Below are positions 1 to 11,472 of a DNA stretch of 64,000 nt, one piece after another (position 1 is the stretch's first letter; every line of letters begins with the position of its first letter). The notes beneath the pieces are model-generated. The model did no database searches. It was not told the DNA's origin and was given only the letters and a program-made list of their open reading frames with translations. The DNA comes from Chara braunii. Taxonomy: Eukaryota > Plantae > Charophyceae. The stretch lies in NCBI GenBank assembly GCA_003427395.1, contig BFEA01000027.1, positions 3,077,181 to 3,141,180 on the forward strand, written 5' to 3'. Position numbers and translations under genes: made by a program.

Positions 1-115
1 TAACATGGCCTGCTGACATGGTCTGCTGACATGTCACTGCTGACATGGTCTGTTGACATGTCGCTGCTGACTTGGCCTGCTGACATGTCACCGCTGAAAT
101 GTCGCTGCTAATGTG
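1..115. repeat. Degenerate minisatellite (~14-15 bp unit, core GCTGACATG)
   Basis: About 7 imperfect tandem copies of tgctgacatg(g/t)nc; runs off the window start. Confidence 0.8.
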
Positions 116-574
116 GACCACCAATCCCCACAGCAGAAAAGCACCAAGAAAAGAATAGATGGAAGAAGAAGAGCAATGAACAGTAGCAGATCGTCCAAAT
201 AAGGAGCCACTGCACAAAGTTGAAAAGTTCGAACTTTTGTTTTTGAAAAAATATCAAAAAATAAAAAATAAAAAATTTTGCAAAAACGAAAAGACAGAAA
301 ATAATGATCGAACTGCTAGGAAAAAAATCGCAAGTTCGGGGTATTTCCCAAAAAAAAAAAATTAAAAATCGACACATTTCAGATAAAAGTAAGCGCATCA
401 ATTTTCTATTTTGAGACGTTTTATTCACAAAACACGAACTGCGAAGAGATATGCCGAAAAAGTAAAATTTCGGATTATCAAAGCAAAATCCGAATTTCCT
501 AAAAATAGAGGGAATTCCAAAATTCTGAAGGAAAAACCAATCAAAATTTTAGGCAGAAATTGTGAATGCAAATA

Positions 575-712
575 GTTTATCCTAATTAGTTAATCAATCA
601 ATTAATCTATCCTAATTAGTCAATCAATCAATCAATCGATCGATTGATTCAATCGATTGATCAATCAATCACCCAATCAATTGATCGATCAATTAATCAA
701 TCAATCGATCAG
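575..712. repeat. Degenerate (CAAT/CGAT)n tetranucleotide repeat
   Basis: Repeated caatcaatcgatcgat; explains spurious ORF 644..835. Confidence 0.8.
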
Positions 713-1209
713 TCTCGGTTTTCCCTAATCGCGCATCAGGTCAGATCCCGTCCTGATTCACTCAGTGCGGCTCAGATACCAGCTGATACATGCTCGATCG
801 AGCGATGCATATGGAGTCAAGGATCCGCCAAGTGATGAAAATGACTGGAATGGGCAAAGCATCAACAAGAAATGTACATCCAGATACATACAAAAATAGC
901 ACAATGTAGCGCAGAGGAAGACTCAAAGATATGGCCTCACCTGTCAGATACTGACTCGGCACCGCATCGCACACCACACATGTGAGAGAGAGGGGAGGGA
1001 CCGCATACATAGACGAAAGGTCCGTCTTTGAGCACACGATGGGGAGATACCACGGATGAGGTGATGGGGGGAGAAGCGAGACAAAGATGGAGATGAGGGA
1101 GAAGACCAAGATCACGATAGCAAAGTGAAAATAGTCCCCCTGCCAAATGTCCAATCAATGTCTGCCACAAAAATGTCAAATCAGATCCTGGGCCTCATGG
1201 CCCGATGTA

Positions 1210-1211
<2 letters not shown>

Positions 1212-1291
<80 letters not shown>

Positions 1292-1311
1292 AAGAAGAAG
1301 AAGAAGAAGAA
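1212..1311. repeat. Compound microsatellite (CT)n(AAG)n
   Basis: Direct reading of sequence. Confidence 0.95.
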
Positions 1312-1875
1312 GGACGGAGGAAGAGGAAGGAGAATGAGAGCAGGAAGAAGATGTCGTCCTCCTCGCTGTCCTCACATGCAGGTAGGGCTGCCAGGAACTA
1401 ATGTCCTGGCCGTTCACTGTGTCGCAGGGCCCCGGCGCGGAGCTCGGCTATGGCGCGCAGGTACATAGTCCGCCGCTGCAGGTATGGCCTCCGGCTCTCT
1501 CCCTACCTACACCTCTACCTCTAATGCAGCGCTGTATCGCACAGCTCCAGCAGCGTGTCGCCCAAGAAGTGAGCTACTTGAACTGTGTTTGCGCATGGCC
1601 CGGCCCAGCTATGTATGGCGCTGGGCCTCGCTGGTGTGCCCCTGGGCCTGGCCTGAAACGGCATACTCTGCCTGGGTCCCTACCGGACGTCCAGACCTTC
1701 CTGCTGATGTAGCAGGGAACATCCCGCTAGCGGATGAAACCGAACCTGGCGCCAAAAGGCCCAGTCGCAAAGGAGGGCCATAATGTGGCCTAGGTCCAAA
1801 CAGACTGAAAGTCTTTTCAGACATCGCAAGTCCAAACGTCGCCTGCAAACAGACAAACAACAGCAAATAAGTAAA

Positions 1876-2151
1876 GGGAAAATTTTCGAAATGCCCCTGA
1901 ACTTTGCATTTATTAGCGTTTCGCCCCTCCGACGGCCGACTTACCCTGATTTGCCCCTCTGACAACGATTCAAGTTTCCAAAAAAAACCTGGCATCGTTT
2001 GGGCCTGCAATATGTTCAATATGCCCCTACCAGTACAGGTGCCAAGTTTCCAGTAAGCCCCTACCGGAAAGCCGTTGGGTACCGCCATCTCTAATGGTAT
2101 GTTCTCGGCTGTACATTACCCTACATTACCCTCCTAGCTCCACAGCTTTCT

Positions 2152-2241
<90 letters not shown>

Positions 2242-2931
2242 NNNNNNNNNNNNNNNNNNNNNNNNNNNNNNNNNNNNNNNNNNNNNNNNNNNNNNNNNNN
2301 NNNNNNNNNNNNNNNNNNNNNNNNNNNNNNNNNNNNNNNNNNNNNNNNNNNNNNNNNNNNNNNNNNNNNNNNNNNNNNNNNNNNNNNNNNNNNNNNNNNN
2401 NNNNNNNNNNNNNNNNNNNNNNNNNNNNNNNNNNNNNNNNNNNNNNNNNNNNNNNNNNNNNNNNNNNNNNNNNNNNNNNNNNNNNNNNNNNNNNNNNNNN
2501 NNNNNNNNNNNNNNNNNNNNNNNNNNNNNNNNNNNNNNNNNNNNNNNNNNNNNNNNNNNNNNNNNNNNNNNNNNNNNNNNNNNNNNNNNNNNNNNNNNNN
2601 NNNNNNNNNNNNNNNNNNNNNNNNNNNNNNNNNNNNNNNNNNNNNNNNNNNNNNNNNNNNNNNNNNNNNNNNNNNNNNNNNNNNNNNNNNNNNNNNNNNN
2701 NNNNNNNNNNNNNNNNNNNNNNNNNNNNNNNNNNNNNNNNNNNNNNNNNNNNNNNNNNNNNNNNNNNNNNNNNNNNNNNNNNNNNNNNNNNNNNNNNNNN
2801 NNNNNNNNNNNNNNNNNNNNNNNNNNNNNNNNNNNNNNNNNNNNNNNNNNNNNNNNNNNNNNNNNNNNNNNNNNNNNNNNNNNNNNNNNNNNNNNNNNNN
2901 NNNNNNNNNNNNNNNNNNNNNNNNNNNNNNN

Positions 2932-2984
<53 letters not shown>

Positions 2985-3387
2985 TGGAAGAAGGGGAGTA
3001 ACACTCACCTTTGACAACGTACTCCGAGGACGTACAAGGCGGCGGCAGGTCGCAGTAGCAGAAGAATGAACTCCACAGTGGATTGCAGCAGTGGACAGAA
3101 CGTGGAGTGGAGCGCCGATTTTTCTGCGCGGCAGCGGCCTGGAAAGCAAGGAGTTTGAATTCGAATTCTTAGGGCCTCCCCGTTGGAGGGCATCCCAGGA
3201 AGATGCATCCATCGCGAAAGGGCATATCGAACAGCCACCATGGGAAATGGGACCGGCGGTCCGGTAGGGGCATTCCCAAAAGTTGCGCCCCTCACTGAGG
3301 CCCCAGGGGCAAATCAGGGTAAGTCGGCCGTCGGAGGGGCAAAACGCAAATAAATGCAAACTTCAGGGGCATTTCCAAAATGTTCCC
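1876..3387. mobile_element. Non-autonomous Mutator-like (MULE) TIR element, copy 1, with internal (GA)n and gap
   Basis: ~80-bp TIRs (GGGAAAATTTTCGAAATGCCCCTGAA...GGCCGACTTACCCTGATTTGCCCCT and its reverse complement ending ...TTCCC); 9-bp TSD ATAAGTAAA/ATAAATAAA (1 mismatch); second copy at 28919-30195. Confidence 0.85.
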
Positions 3388-3827
3388 ATAAATAAACAAA
3401 TAAAATAACTAAATAAATGCTACCTCGAATCTGAACCTGCGGCCAAACCGTGGTGAGCCTCCAGGTCAAGTGCCTGGAACGGGCAGGCGGCCTGGGGGCC
3501 TCAGCAACCGCCAGGCCCCCAAAACGGGGCCCATGTGCAGGCTCAGCATGTAACAACCACGGACCTTTGTGCGTGGAAAGGAGACCTAATTTCAGTTTGC
3601 GACCCCATTAAGCAGGAGCTGAAAGTGGGGGTTTCTGTCAACGACGTGTGTTACCATGCAGTCATGGGTGTCAAGTAGCCGTTTGTGCTCAGACTTCCGT
3701 ACTGCAAGGCAAGCTTCCACGGAAATCGAGGGCCTCACAAAACTCTTGGATCACCTGCCCTGCGCCTACGCATTTGCATGTGAAGTTCAATACCACAGAG
3801 GACAGAAGAAATCGTCTGTGAATTAAT

Positions 3828-4548
3828 GAGACCTGAGCTCCTCAAAGTGTCATGAGCAAAGGCAGGATGTCACTAATCAAGTCAGGGTATGCCTATGGAT
3901 CTTGGTCAGCACTGTCAAGATCGTTGCAGCTCTAACATGTTTCAATTCCATCCCTATTTGCACATAGGTCTGTCAGATAAAGGACCTTGCCGGACTACTC
4001 ACCCCAGCCCACCTGGCGTAACTAGTACTAGCCCCAGTCCCTCACTGCTCCACACACACACCGAAGAACTACTCACCCCAGGTGCGCCCAGACCAGTCCG
4101 TGGGGTGAGTGATGTTCGGTCCTCAACTCACCCAAGTGGTGCATGCATCGGCCTGGAATACCATCCAGGTGGACACATTTGCGTGTGAAGTTCAAGTGAA
4201 TCCATGCGACCTGAGCTTCTCAAAGTGTCGTGAGCAAAGGCAGGATGTAACTAAGCAAGTCAGGGTATGCCTATGGATCCTGGTCAGCACAGTCGAGATC
4301 GTTGCAGCTCTAACAGGTTTCAATTCCATCCTTATTTGCACATAGCTCTATCAGATAAAGGACCTTGCCGGACTACTCACCCCAGCCCACCTGGCGTAAC
4401 GAGTACTAGCCCAAGGCCCTCACTGCTCCACACACACACCGAAGAACTACTTACTCCAGGTGAGCCCAGACCGGTGCCGTGGGGTGAGTGATGTTCAGTC
4501 CTCAACTCACCCCGCTGGTGCATGCATCAGCCCGGAATACCATCCAGG
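3828..4548. repeat. Tandem duplication, 378-bp period, in a region of repeated ACTCACCC/GGGTGAGT motifs
   Basis: ORFs 3889..4188 and 4267..4491 are near-identical at offset 378; further partial duplication 4600-4700 vs 4910-5010. Confidence 0.85.
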
Positions 4549-6647
4549 TGACCCAGCATGGTGCTGGGAGCGATGTGCAGTCGTGAACTGACACCACCCG
4601 GGTTGGTGACTGCAGTGAGGACCCACCACAACTGACCCACTGCAGGCATGGCAATTCCATGACGGGGTGAGTACCCACCCACCTCTCAAAGGCAATGTTT
4701 TCACATTGCTTCTATGTCAAAGGAGAGGGGTAAGTGAGCGTGGTGGCGATACTCACCCTGAAAGGTGAGCATCACCATTGTGCTCACTCACCCCACGCGG
4801 TGCATGCATCGAGTCCAGAATAACACCCGGATTCATGCATTCTGTGCGAGTGAGTGCCGACGTCTGCCTCCAGACCACATGATGCCGGGTCGGGGTTCAC
4901 TCACGCCTCGTGGTTACTGCGGTGAGGACCCACCACAACTGACCCACAGCAGACAGGGAAATTCCATGACGGGGTGAGTACACCCCCGCCCCTCTCGGAG
5001 GCAATGTTAGTGCGGTGGTGATAGTCACCACGAAACTTACATGAGGTGAGCAGCTCAGTGAGGCCACAACCCTCGACCCTCCAAATGGTGCAGGCTGGAG
5101 CAAAACAGAAACGAACTGCATCCAGAGAGGGTGACATACCAAAATAAGCAGTACATTTTCTGGGACAGAACTGCATTTCAAAACTCGGCAACAAGAAGTA
5201 CCTTCACAACTTTCAGGGGTGGTTTAAGTGCACAAGCCAAGCCGGTAAGTGCGCCACCATCGCATTGACACATCCAGCACCCGCATCAGCCATCACGCTC
5301 CCATCACACCACCATCACGCTGCCATCACATGCCATCGCACGACCATCGCCCTGCCTTTGTTAGACCTTCGCGCTGCCTTCGTGCGACCTTCGTGCTGCC
5401 ATCGTGCCAACGCAAGTAACATCTGTGCAGCCATTGTCGTCGGGGCATTAGCGCAGGCCACACCCGAGACATCGCGCTTCCGTCACGCCACCATCGCGCT
5501 CCCATCGCGTCACCATCGAGCTACCATTGCACGACTATTGCACTGCCATCGTGCCAATGTGAGCAGCATACTTGCTGCCATAGTTGCCAGGCCGTTAGCA
5601 CAGCCATCGCACCCTCGTCCTGCCATCAGCTTGACTAGCGTGGCATCATCATCCACCACAATCATCCCCTTGCCGCTGCTCGCGAGGCCAGCCCAGCATA
5701 ACAGCCTCCACGCCCCGTGCCCCATCACCACGACTGCCACCATGACGTCTCCCACGCCGCCAACTCCCCCGCTTGCAGCTGTGCCCCCTTCCCACCCAAT
5801 TTACATCTCGTCGCAACAGAAGGATCGATCCTTTAGAACCGACCGCCAAAACGTTTCCCGAATTCGATGTTTTTGCCAACTTTTTCGTTACTCGTCCAAA
5901 TACGGCGAAACTGAATACAGATATACCCTAAAGCTTATACATATCAGACAAAAAAAAAAAAAAAAAAATCACGGATATATGGCAGTTCGGGTGAAAAATT
6001 TGCCGAAAATGACACCACCTATTGACCACGAGTGTATCACGCCATCGCCACCTGATCACGTTTGCGCTTCTGTATCCCTCCGTTGACATCTCGCCGCGGT
6101 GAAGGGGGATTGGTCACCGTCGAATACAACCGAGCACAGAGATATGCCTCAAGCACCGAGGAGCTGTCATCTTGAGCGCTGATGAGCTGTCACCGGGCAA
6201 ACTAGGAAAAATATCATTCATCAGGGCAGCGTGTAACACGTGCCGAGGATAGAGCGGTGAGGAAAGACGGAAGCTAGATTTGCAAGGACCCTGGACCCGG
6301 TTTCCAGCAGGTGCAGCTCCCCACCAATAGATGGAGCCTCCGGGGAATGGTAGGGGGGTCTGCTCTTATCAGCACCCCTAGCAAAACCTCGGGTGNNNNN
6401 NNNNNNNNNNNNNNNNNNNNNNNNNNNNNNNNNNNNNNNNNNNNNNNNNNNNNNNNNNNNNNNNNNNNNNNNNNNNNNNNNNNNNNNNNNNNNNNNNNNN
6501 NNNNNNNNNNNNNNNNNNNNNNNNAAGGGCAGATGCTTCCAATAACAGGCAATGGGAGCGAGGAGCCACCTTCGGTAGAAGCGAGGAGCGCTTAGCGCGC
6601 AGGAAAAAAAAAAAAAAAAAAAGAAAGAAAAGGCAGGTGTCATAAGA

Positions 6648-8064
6648 GTGGAAGTGAGACGAGAGGGCACGAGGAAGATCTGGGAAGGGAACAGAGGAAG
6701 GCTACCAGCAGAGAGAGTGTTGAGCAAGACGGTTCTGACACCAGGTAGACGGAGAGTCAGCATGGCACCCACGTACACTCAGGCCCTGGCACCGGCACAT
6801 AGCCAGTCACCACTCCGTGCGGCCACAAGTAAGGGAGACAACATGGGGCTGCCTGGTGAAGCATCCCCGCGCAAGAGTCGCTGGGCCGAAGATATATAGT
6901 TTTTGCTCGAGAAGAGAGAGGACTTCGACTCATTGAATGAACTTGGCCTCAAGCATGCGGTTCTGTCTGTTTTCTCCCAGTGGGGAAAGGAGTTGTCAAT
7001 GAACAACAAGTGGAAGTGGGTATTAGATAGGCTGAGGGCACTGCAGCCTGTCCCAGGAACAGAACCCAACATCTCGCTCCATAGGTGGGGGGAGGACTGT
7101 TGTTACGGTCTTGTGCGTTGAGGATGACTATGCCAGACATCTGTTCTCCATTGGATCACTCAACTGCAAGGGCTCCGTGGCATTGATTCATTGGTGGAAA
7201 CCGTTGAAGGCACCACAACCAGAAGCATTGAGACATAGGCAAGCTATGCTGCACAACCACTTTTGGGTCCAGTTTAACAACCTTTCGGAGGGACTCCATA
7301 GCATGGTGCAGTGGAGACTGGAAGTTGAGTACCCAAACTGTCTGGTTATTGAGTGGCTCCCTGCGGGCCGTGACTTCCTCACCCCGAACCATGATGCTAG
7401 AGTGGCATGCCTGAGCATACCAAGCGGTACCCCTCCCGGCTTTCCGGACACCTGGGTCTTCAGAAAGAACGGCCAGAAGGCCACGGTATACGTCTCCACC
7501 AAGGCGAACCCGGACCGCTTCCGGTGCAGAGGAAGGGGGCACTTAGGGACAGCAGATGGAGACAGGTGGGAGCACGAAGGATGGAAGAGAACGGAGTGGG
7601 TTTCACCATGAAAGACATTGTCAACGAACAGCTAGTGGAGGAGGAGAAGCAGTGCCTCGAGTCATTGGAAGAACTGCTGCAGTTGGGAGAGGAGGTGGAA
7701 AGAATGACATGTGGCAGGACTGGAGAGTGGGATCGTGCTGACAGTGCGAGCGGTCGGGGGGCTGGAAAGACTGTGCGCAGGGAAACCAGCAACCCTGAGA
7801 GACAGAAGGAAGGAATCATAGAGATAGACTCACAAACGAGGGCGAATTGAGGGGCTTGGAAGCATAGACTGGAGGAAGTGGAAGAAGGAGAGAACGCAGC
7901 ATCAAGTGAGGTGACTCCACCGCATCGAATTCGAGGGAAACCTGGCGTTCCACATATACTAACGTAAAACGGGTGCTGCCAAAACAGGAGGGGGGCTAGC
8001 GTTGCTGCCCTGGGAGCGGGGAATCGCTTCGAGATTCTCAGAAATTTGGCGATTGGGAGGTGGC
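6648..8064 (+). pseudogene. LINE ORF1 (gag-like RNA-binding protein) remnant
   Basis: Consecutive broken frames 6648..6899, 6903..7121, 7111..7611, 7407..7850; CCHC-like remnant near 7515-7545; position upstream of EN-RT. Confidence 0.6.
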
Positions 8065-11000
8065 TGTTACAAAAACGGGCAAGCTGCCCACTGCAAAGCC
8101 AGAGGATATCATCCGGGACAACATCAAAATCCATGGATATCGTCCGGGACAACATCAAAATCCATGGATATCGTCCAGGACAACATCAAAATCCATGGAT
8201 ATCGTCCGCGACAACATCAAAATCCATTGCACTGGCGTATCGCCCTTCAAAAAGTGCTCCAATCTATTCGTGGGGAGCAGCACGTGCTGGAAACTGGGCC
8301 CAACGTCCCATATCGAATTATAGAGATAATTTGAGAACATTTGAGATCATTTGAGATACTGGGGCCATTACCCGTCTTCGGCTGAGAACAATCCGACTGC
8401 ACGATGTGATTCAGAAAACATGGGGAGGAACTACTCATGCAAAAAGCTACCACAGAGGTCCTACGAACGCTCACAACCCTGCGTTACAGGGCAACACAAC
8501 TCGCCCCAGCTCCGACCAGCGTCGTCCCAGCACCAACCCTTGGTCGTCCCCTGGGATGCCCACCCCAAATCATCCCCAGATCTCGCTACCAGGCCTCACG
8601 CTCCTGCATCAGCAGGTTACAGGGCAACGGCCCAGCACCGGCCAGCGTCGTTCTGGTATCGAACAGCCGCAGATCACAGTGTATAACAGCATCAAAACCG
8701 CCTAAGATGGGTTGCTAGGAGTCCCTGGAGTCCTAAAACATTCTTAAGATCGACCGACTTTTTCTAAGCAATTTTAAGCAATTGAACATTCAGGTATAGG
8801 AAACAAGCTTCGAGTTCCGTCTATGCAAGAAGCAAACACAACTCCCAGAAGACAAAACTGGCGACCATCCTTCCAACCCCCCATTTTAACAGGCTAACCC
8901 AACCCCGGCTCACGCCTTTCTATCCTCATTACTTAACTCCCCGAGTCTCAAAACCCCTTTTCAGGTAGGGTTGAGGGCAGCACAACCCGCCCCAGCTCCG
9001 ACTCTCGTTGATATAACGGATGGAGTGCCTTCCTCCCTCGACAACTCGCCCAGCCTCAGTCTCCAACCGGATCACAGGGCTATACCCCAACATCGGCCAG
9101 TCGTCGACAATTGCTGGTTACCTGCTATCCTTGGCAACTTCCCAAACCTCAAGCTCCCGCTGATCCGAGTTACAGGACGGAGCAACCACGCCCCAGCACC
9201 GGTCTGCGTCATCCCAGCAAAAATCTCCTAAGACATACTCGACCCGAACCAGATTCTGAATTGCCTGTTGAACCTGACAACCACTCCCCTTCACCCAGTT
9301 CTACTTCTGTCCCAACAGGACTCTCAACAGAAAAATCACCATCCGTACTGCTGTCTGTCCGCCATCCATCCCGCCGGCTAGCCCTCCTCACCAGCAGGAC
9401 ACATGGTTACCACCCCGCCCTCTCCGCGTACTGCCTATACTCACCCTACCCCTATCACACAAACCTATAAACTCTCCCCACTCTTCCTCCTCAAGCGACG
9501 AGCTGACCTCCTCCACCACATAGTTCGCTCGAGGAGGAACAGTAGGGAGCAAAGCTCACAAGGTCCCGCAACGAAGTACCCACATTCATCTTCCTGTCAT
9601 GGCGAGCCGACCTCCTCCACCCCATAGCTCACAAGATGAAGGCTATCTCGGCAGCCCCCCACCACAATACGTTAGCAGAACTCAAAGCATAGACAACCAA
9701 TCAGTTGTCATAAGGTTCACGCTCCAAAACAACACCTGAAAAGACACCCTCCCTCATCCTATACCACCTGTTGGGGCGCAACCAATCTAGACATCAATCA
9801 TGGGAAGTTTGAAAGAACAGGAAGTCAGAATACGAAGCTACAAACGGCAGGTTTCAAAATAGGAAAATCAGTTAGATAGAATACAAAACTGCAGATTTTA
9901 AAATAGGAAAATCAGTTACGAAGCTACAAACTGGTCATGTGGAATCAAGGAAAAGACATACGAATTTTAGGTTTAGGTATCCGATAAGGATTTTCGAAAC
10001 AGATCCTCAAACCACCATTGGAGAATCGTTTAGTAAAACCGTGAAGAAAAGTGCTAAGAAGTCATTTCGAAATCGTACGTGATCATGGTTGAAGAAATAT
10101 GCTCAGAAATCAACACTATCAGTTCATCCGAATTTTTGCCCTAATCAAGATTACTGCAAGGCAATTACGATGATGAATATGGCAACTAAAATTTGAAGAA
10201 TTTGAAACTACTTCGATCATTACGAACTTGAAAGAAATCAACCGTGGATATAACAGGATTCGTCTAGAATTGAGTATAGTCCAACATACAATCGAGACTT
10301 CAGGACAGATAAAAGGAGAAACACCTTCCAACCATCGACACACCCCTCCCCCCTCCAAACCTCACCTCCTCGCCTTCATTGGCCGTCAAGCACCCGGCCG
10401 CCTATTGGTCGACTACACCGTCGAAAAGCCAGACGATGAAGATAAACGGACCGTAGCCAGGATCGTCATCGCAGCAGTCCATGCCACGTCACGAACACAA
10501 ACAGCTGAACCTGCCAGCCACCCCTCACATAGTTTGAAGAAATGAAGGGGTAAGATCATTTCCACTGTCATCCACCCCTCGAAAACACACCTATCCCCAA
10601 GCCTTCCAGATGCTCCTCCTCTACTCAAGATGTTACTAAACTGGCCGCTCCTCCTTCCTCCCTACAACAAGCGGCTCCCTCCTGCCGTCAGTCCCTCTTG
10701 GCAACAGCCCCTCCCCCACCCTTACCCTCCACCTCTACCTCCTACTTGCCCAGCGATAACAATCGTCTTCTCACGCCACATCACTCTCCTGTCCGCGACA
10801 ACTCCCCTTCATCCCCATACCAGCTCCCCACCATAGCCCCTTCTTGTTGCTCCCTCAACAATCGCTGCCGATCTTCCTTGTACTCACTCTGCCGCACCGC
10901 TGCTCCTCACTCGAGCGATGTCGAACACTCCTCATGCCAGCCTTGTCGCGTCCTGAAGCCAGGGCTTGCTCCTTTCCAGCCACTCCCACGGGCCGAATGC

Positions 11001-11074
11001 TGGTACGGGCGGTGCAGCGCTCCTGGTTGCGCTGCGCCGCCCCTTGGCTCAATAGGGAAAAACTCAGAATAACT
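8065..11074. mobile_element. Probable LTR-derived insertion into the LINE
   Basis: Starts TGTTAC and ends ...AATAAC(T); composition differs from the LINE; LINE coding resumes after it; no clean 5-bp TSD found. Confidence 0.45.
8105..8228. repeat. 31-bp tandem repeat x4 (GGATATCGTCCGGGACAACATCAAAATCCAT)
   Basis: Four near-identical adjacent copies. Confidence 0.92.
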
Positions 11075-11472
11075 GAGTAGGCTTGAGAGCACTGGGGATG
11101 GAAAGATGGACAGACCAAGAAGGCAGCAGCTTCCTCTCTGACTACAGGCCCATGATGGTACAGGTGGCAGAGGGGGCAGAACTGACCGATCAGCTAGCAT
11201 GGATGTCATGGGAGGTGATAGAAGCAGAGTCCCTTCTGGCCTGCTAAGCGATGACATGCCCCCCGAAAGGGCTGGGAAGGCGGAGGCACTGATCACAGCC
11301 CACAGGTTATTCTTGGTCGACAAGACCAACTTGGAAAGAAGACTGCAGGCCCTGCAGGAGAAGGGTGGTGCGGAACTGATCAAAACCTAGACAGCTGAAG
11401 CGAGGCAGTCTGTTGGGAAGCCGAGAGCTGGGTAGCAATGGAGAGAGCAAAGGGACCAGAGCATCAGTGCCA

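Noticed and set aside
2094-3359. Long ORFs spanning N gaps (also ~29.2-30.0, 35.9-36.8, 39.3-40.5, 52.9-53.5 kb)
   Set aside because: They consist of X and microsatellite translations; artefacts of gaps.
5265-6086. 273-aa ORF
   Set aside because: Built from degenerate GCCATCGC repeats; no recognisable domain.
6232-6547. Solo LTR (TGTAAC...AATAACA)
   Set aside because: Contains a gap and has no matching 5-bp TSD; insufficient support.
8105-8228. CRISPR-like array (also considered for the 59-bp and ~60-bp repeats)
   Set aside because: Repeats are directly adjacent with no unique spacers, there are no cas genes, and the context is eukaryotic.
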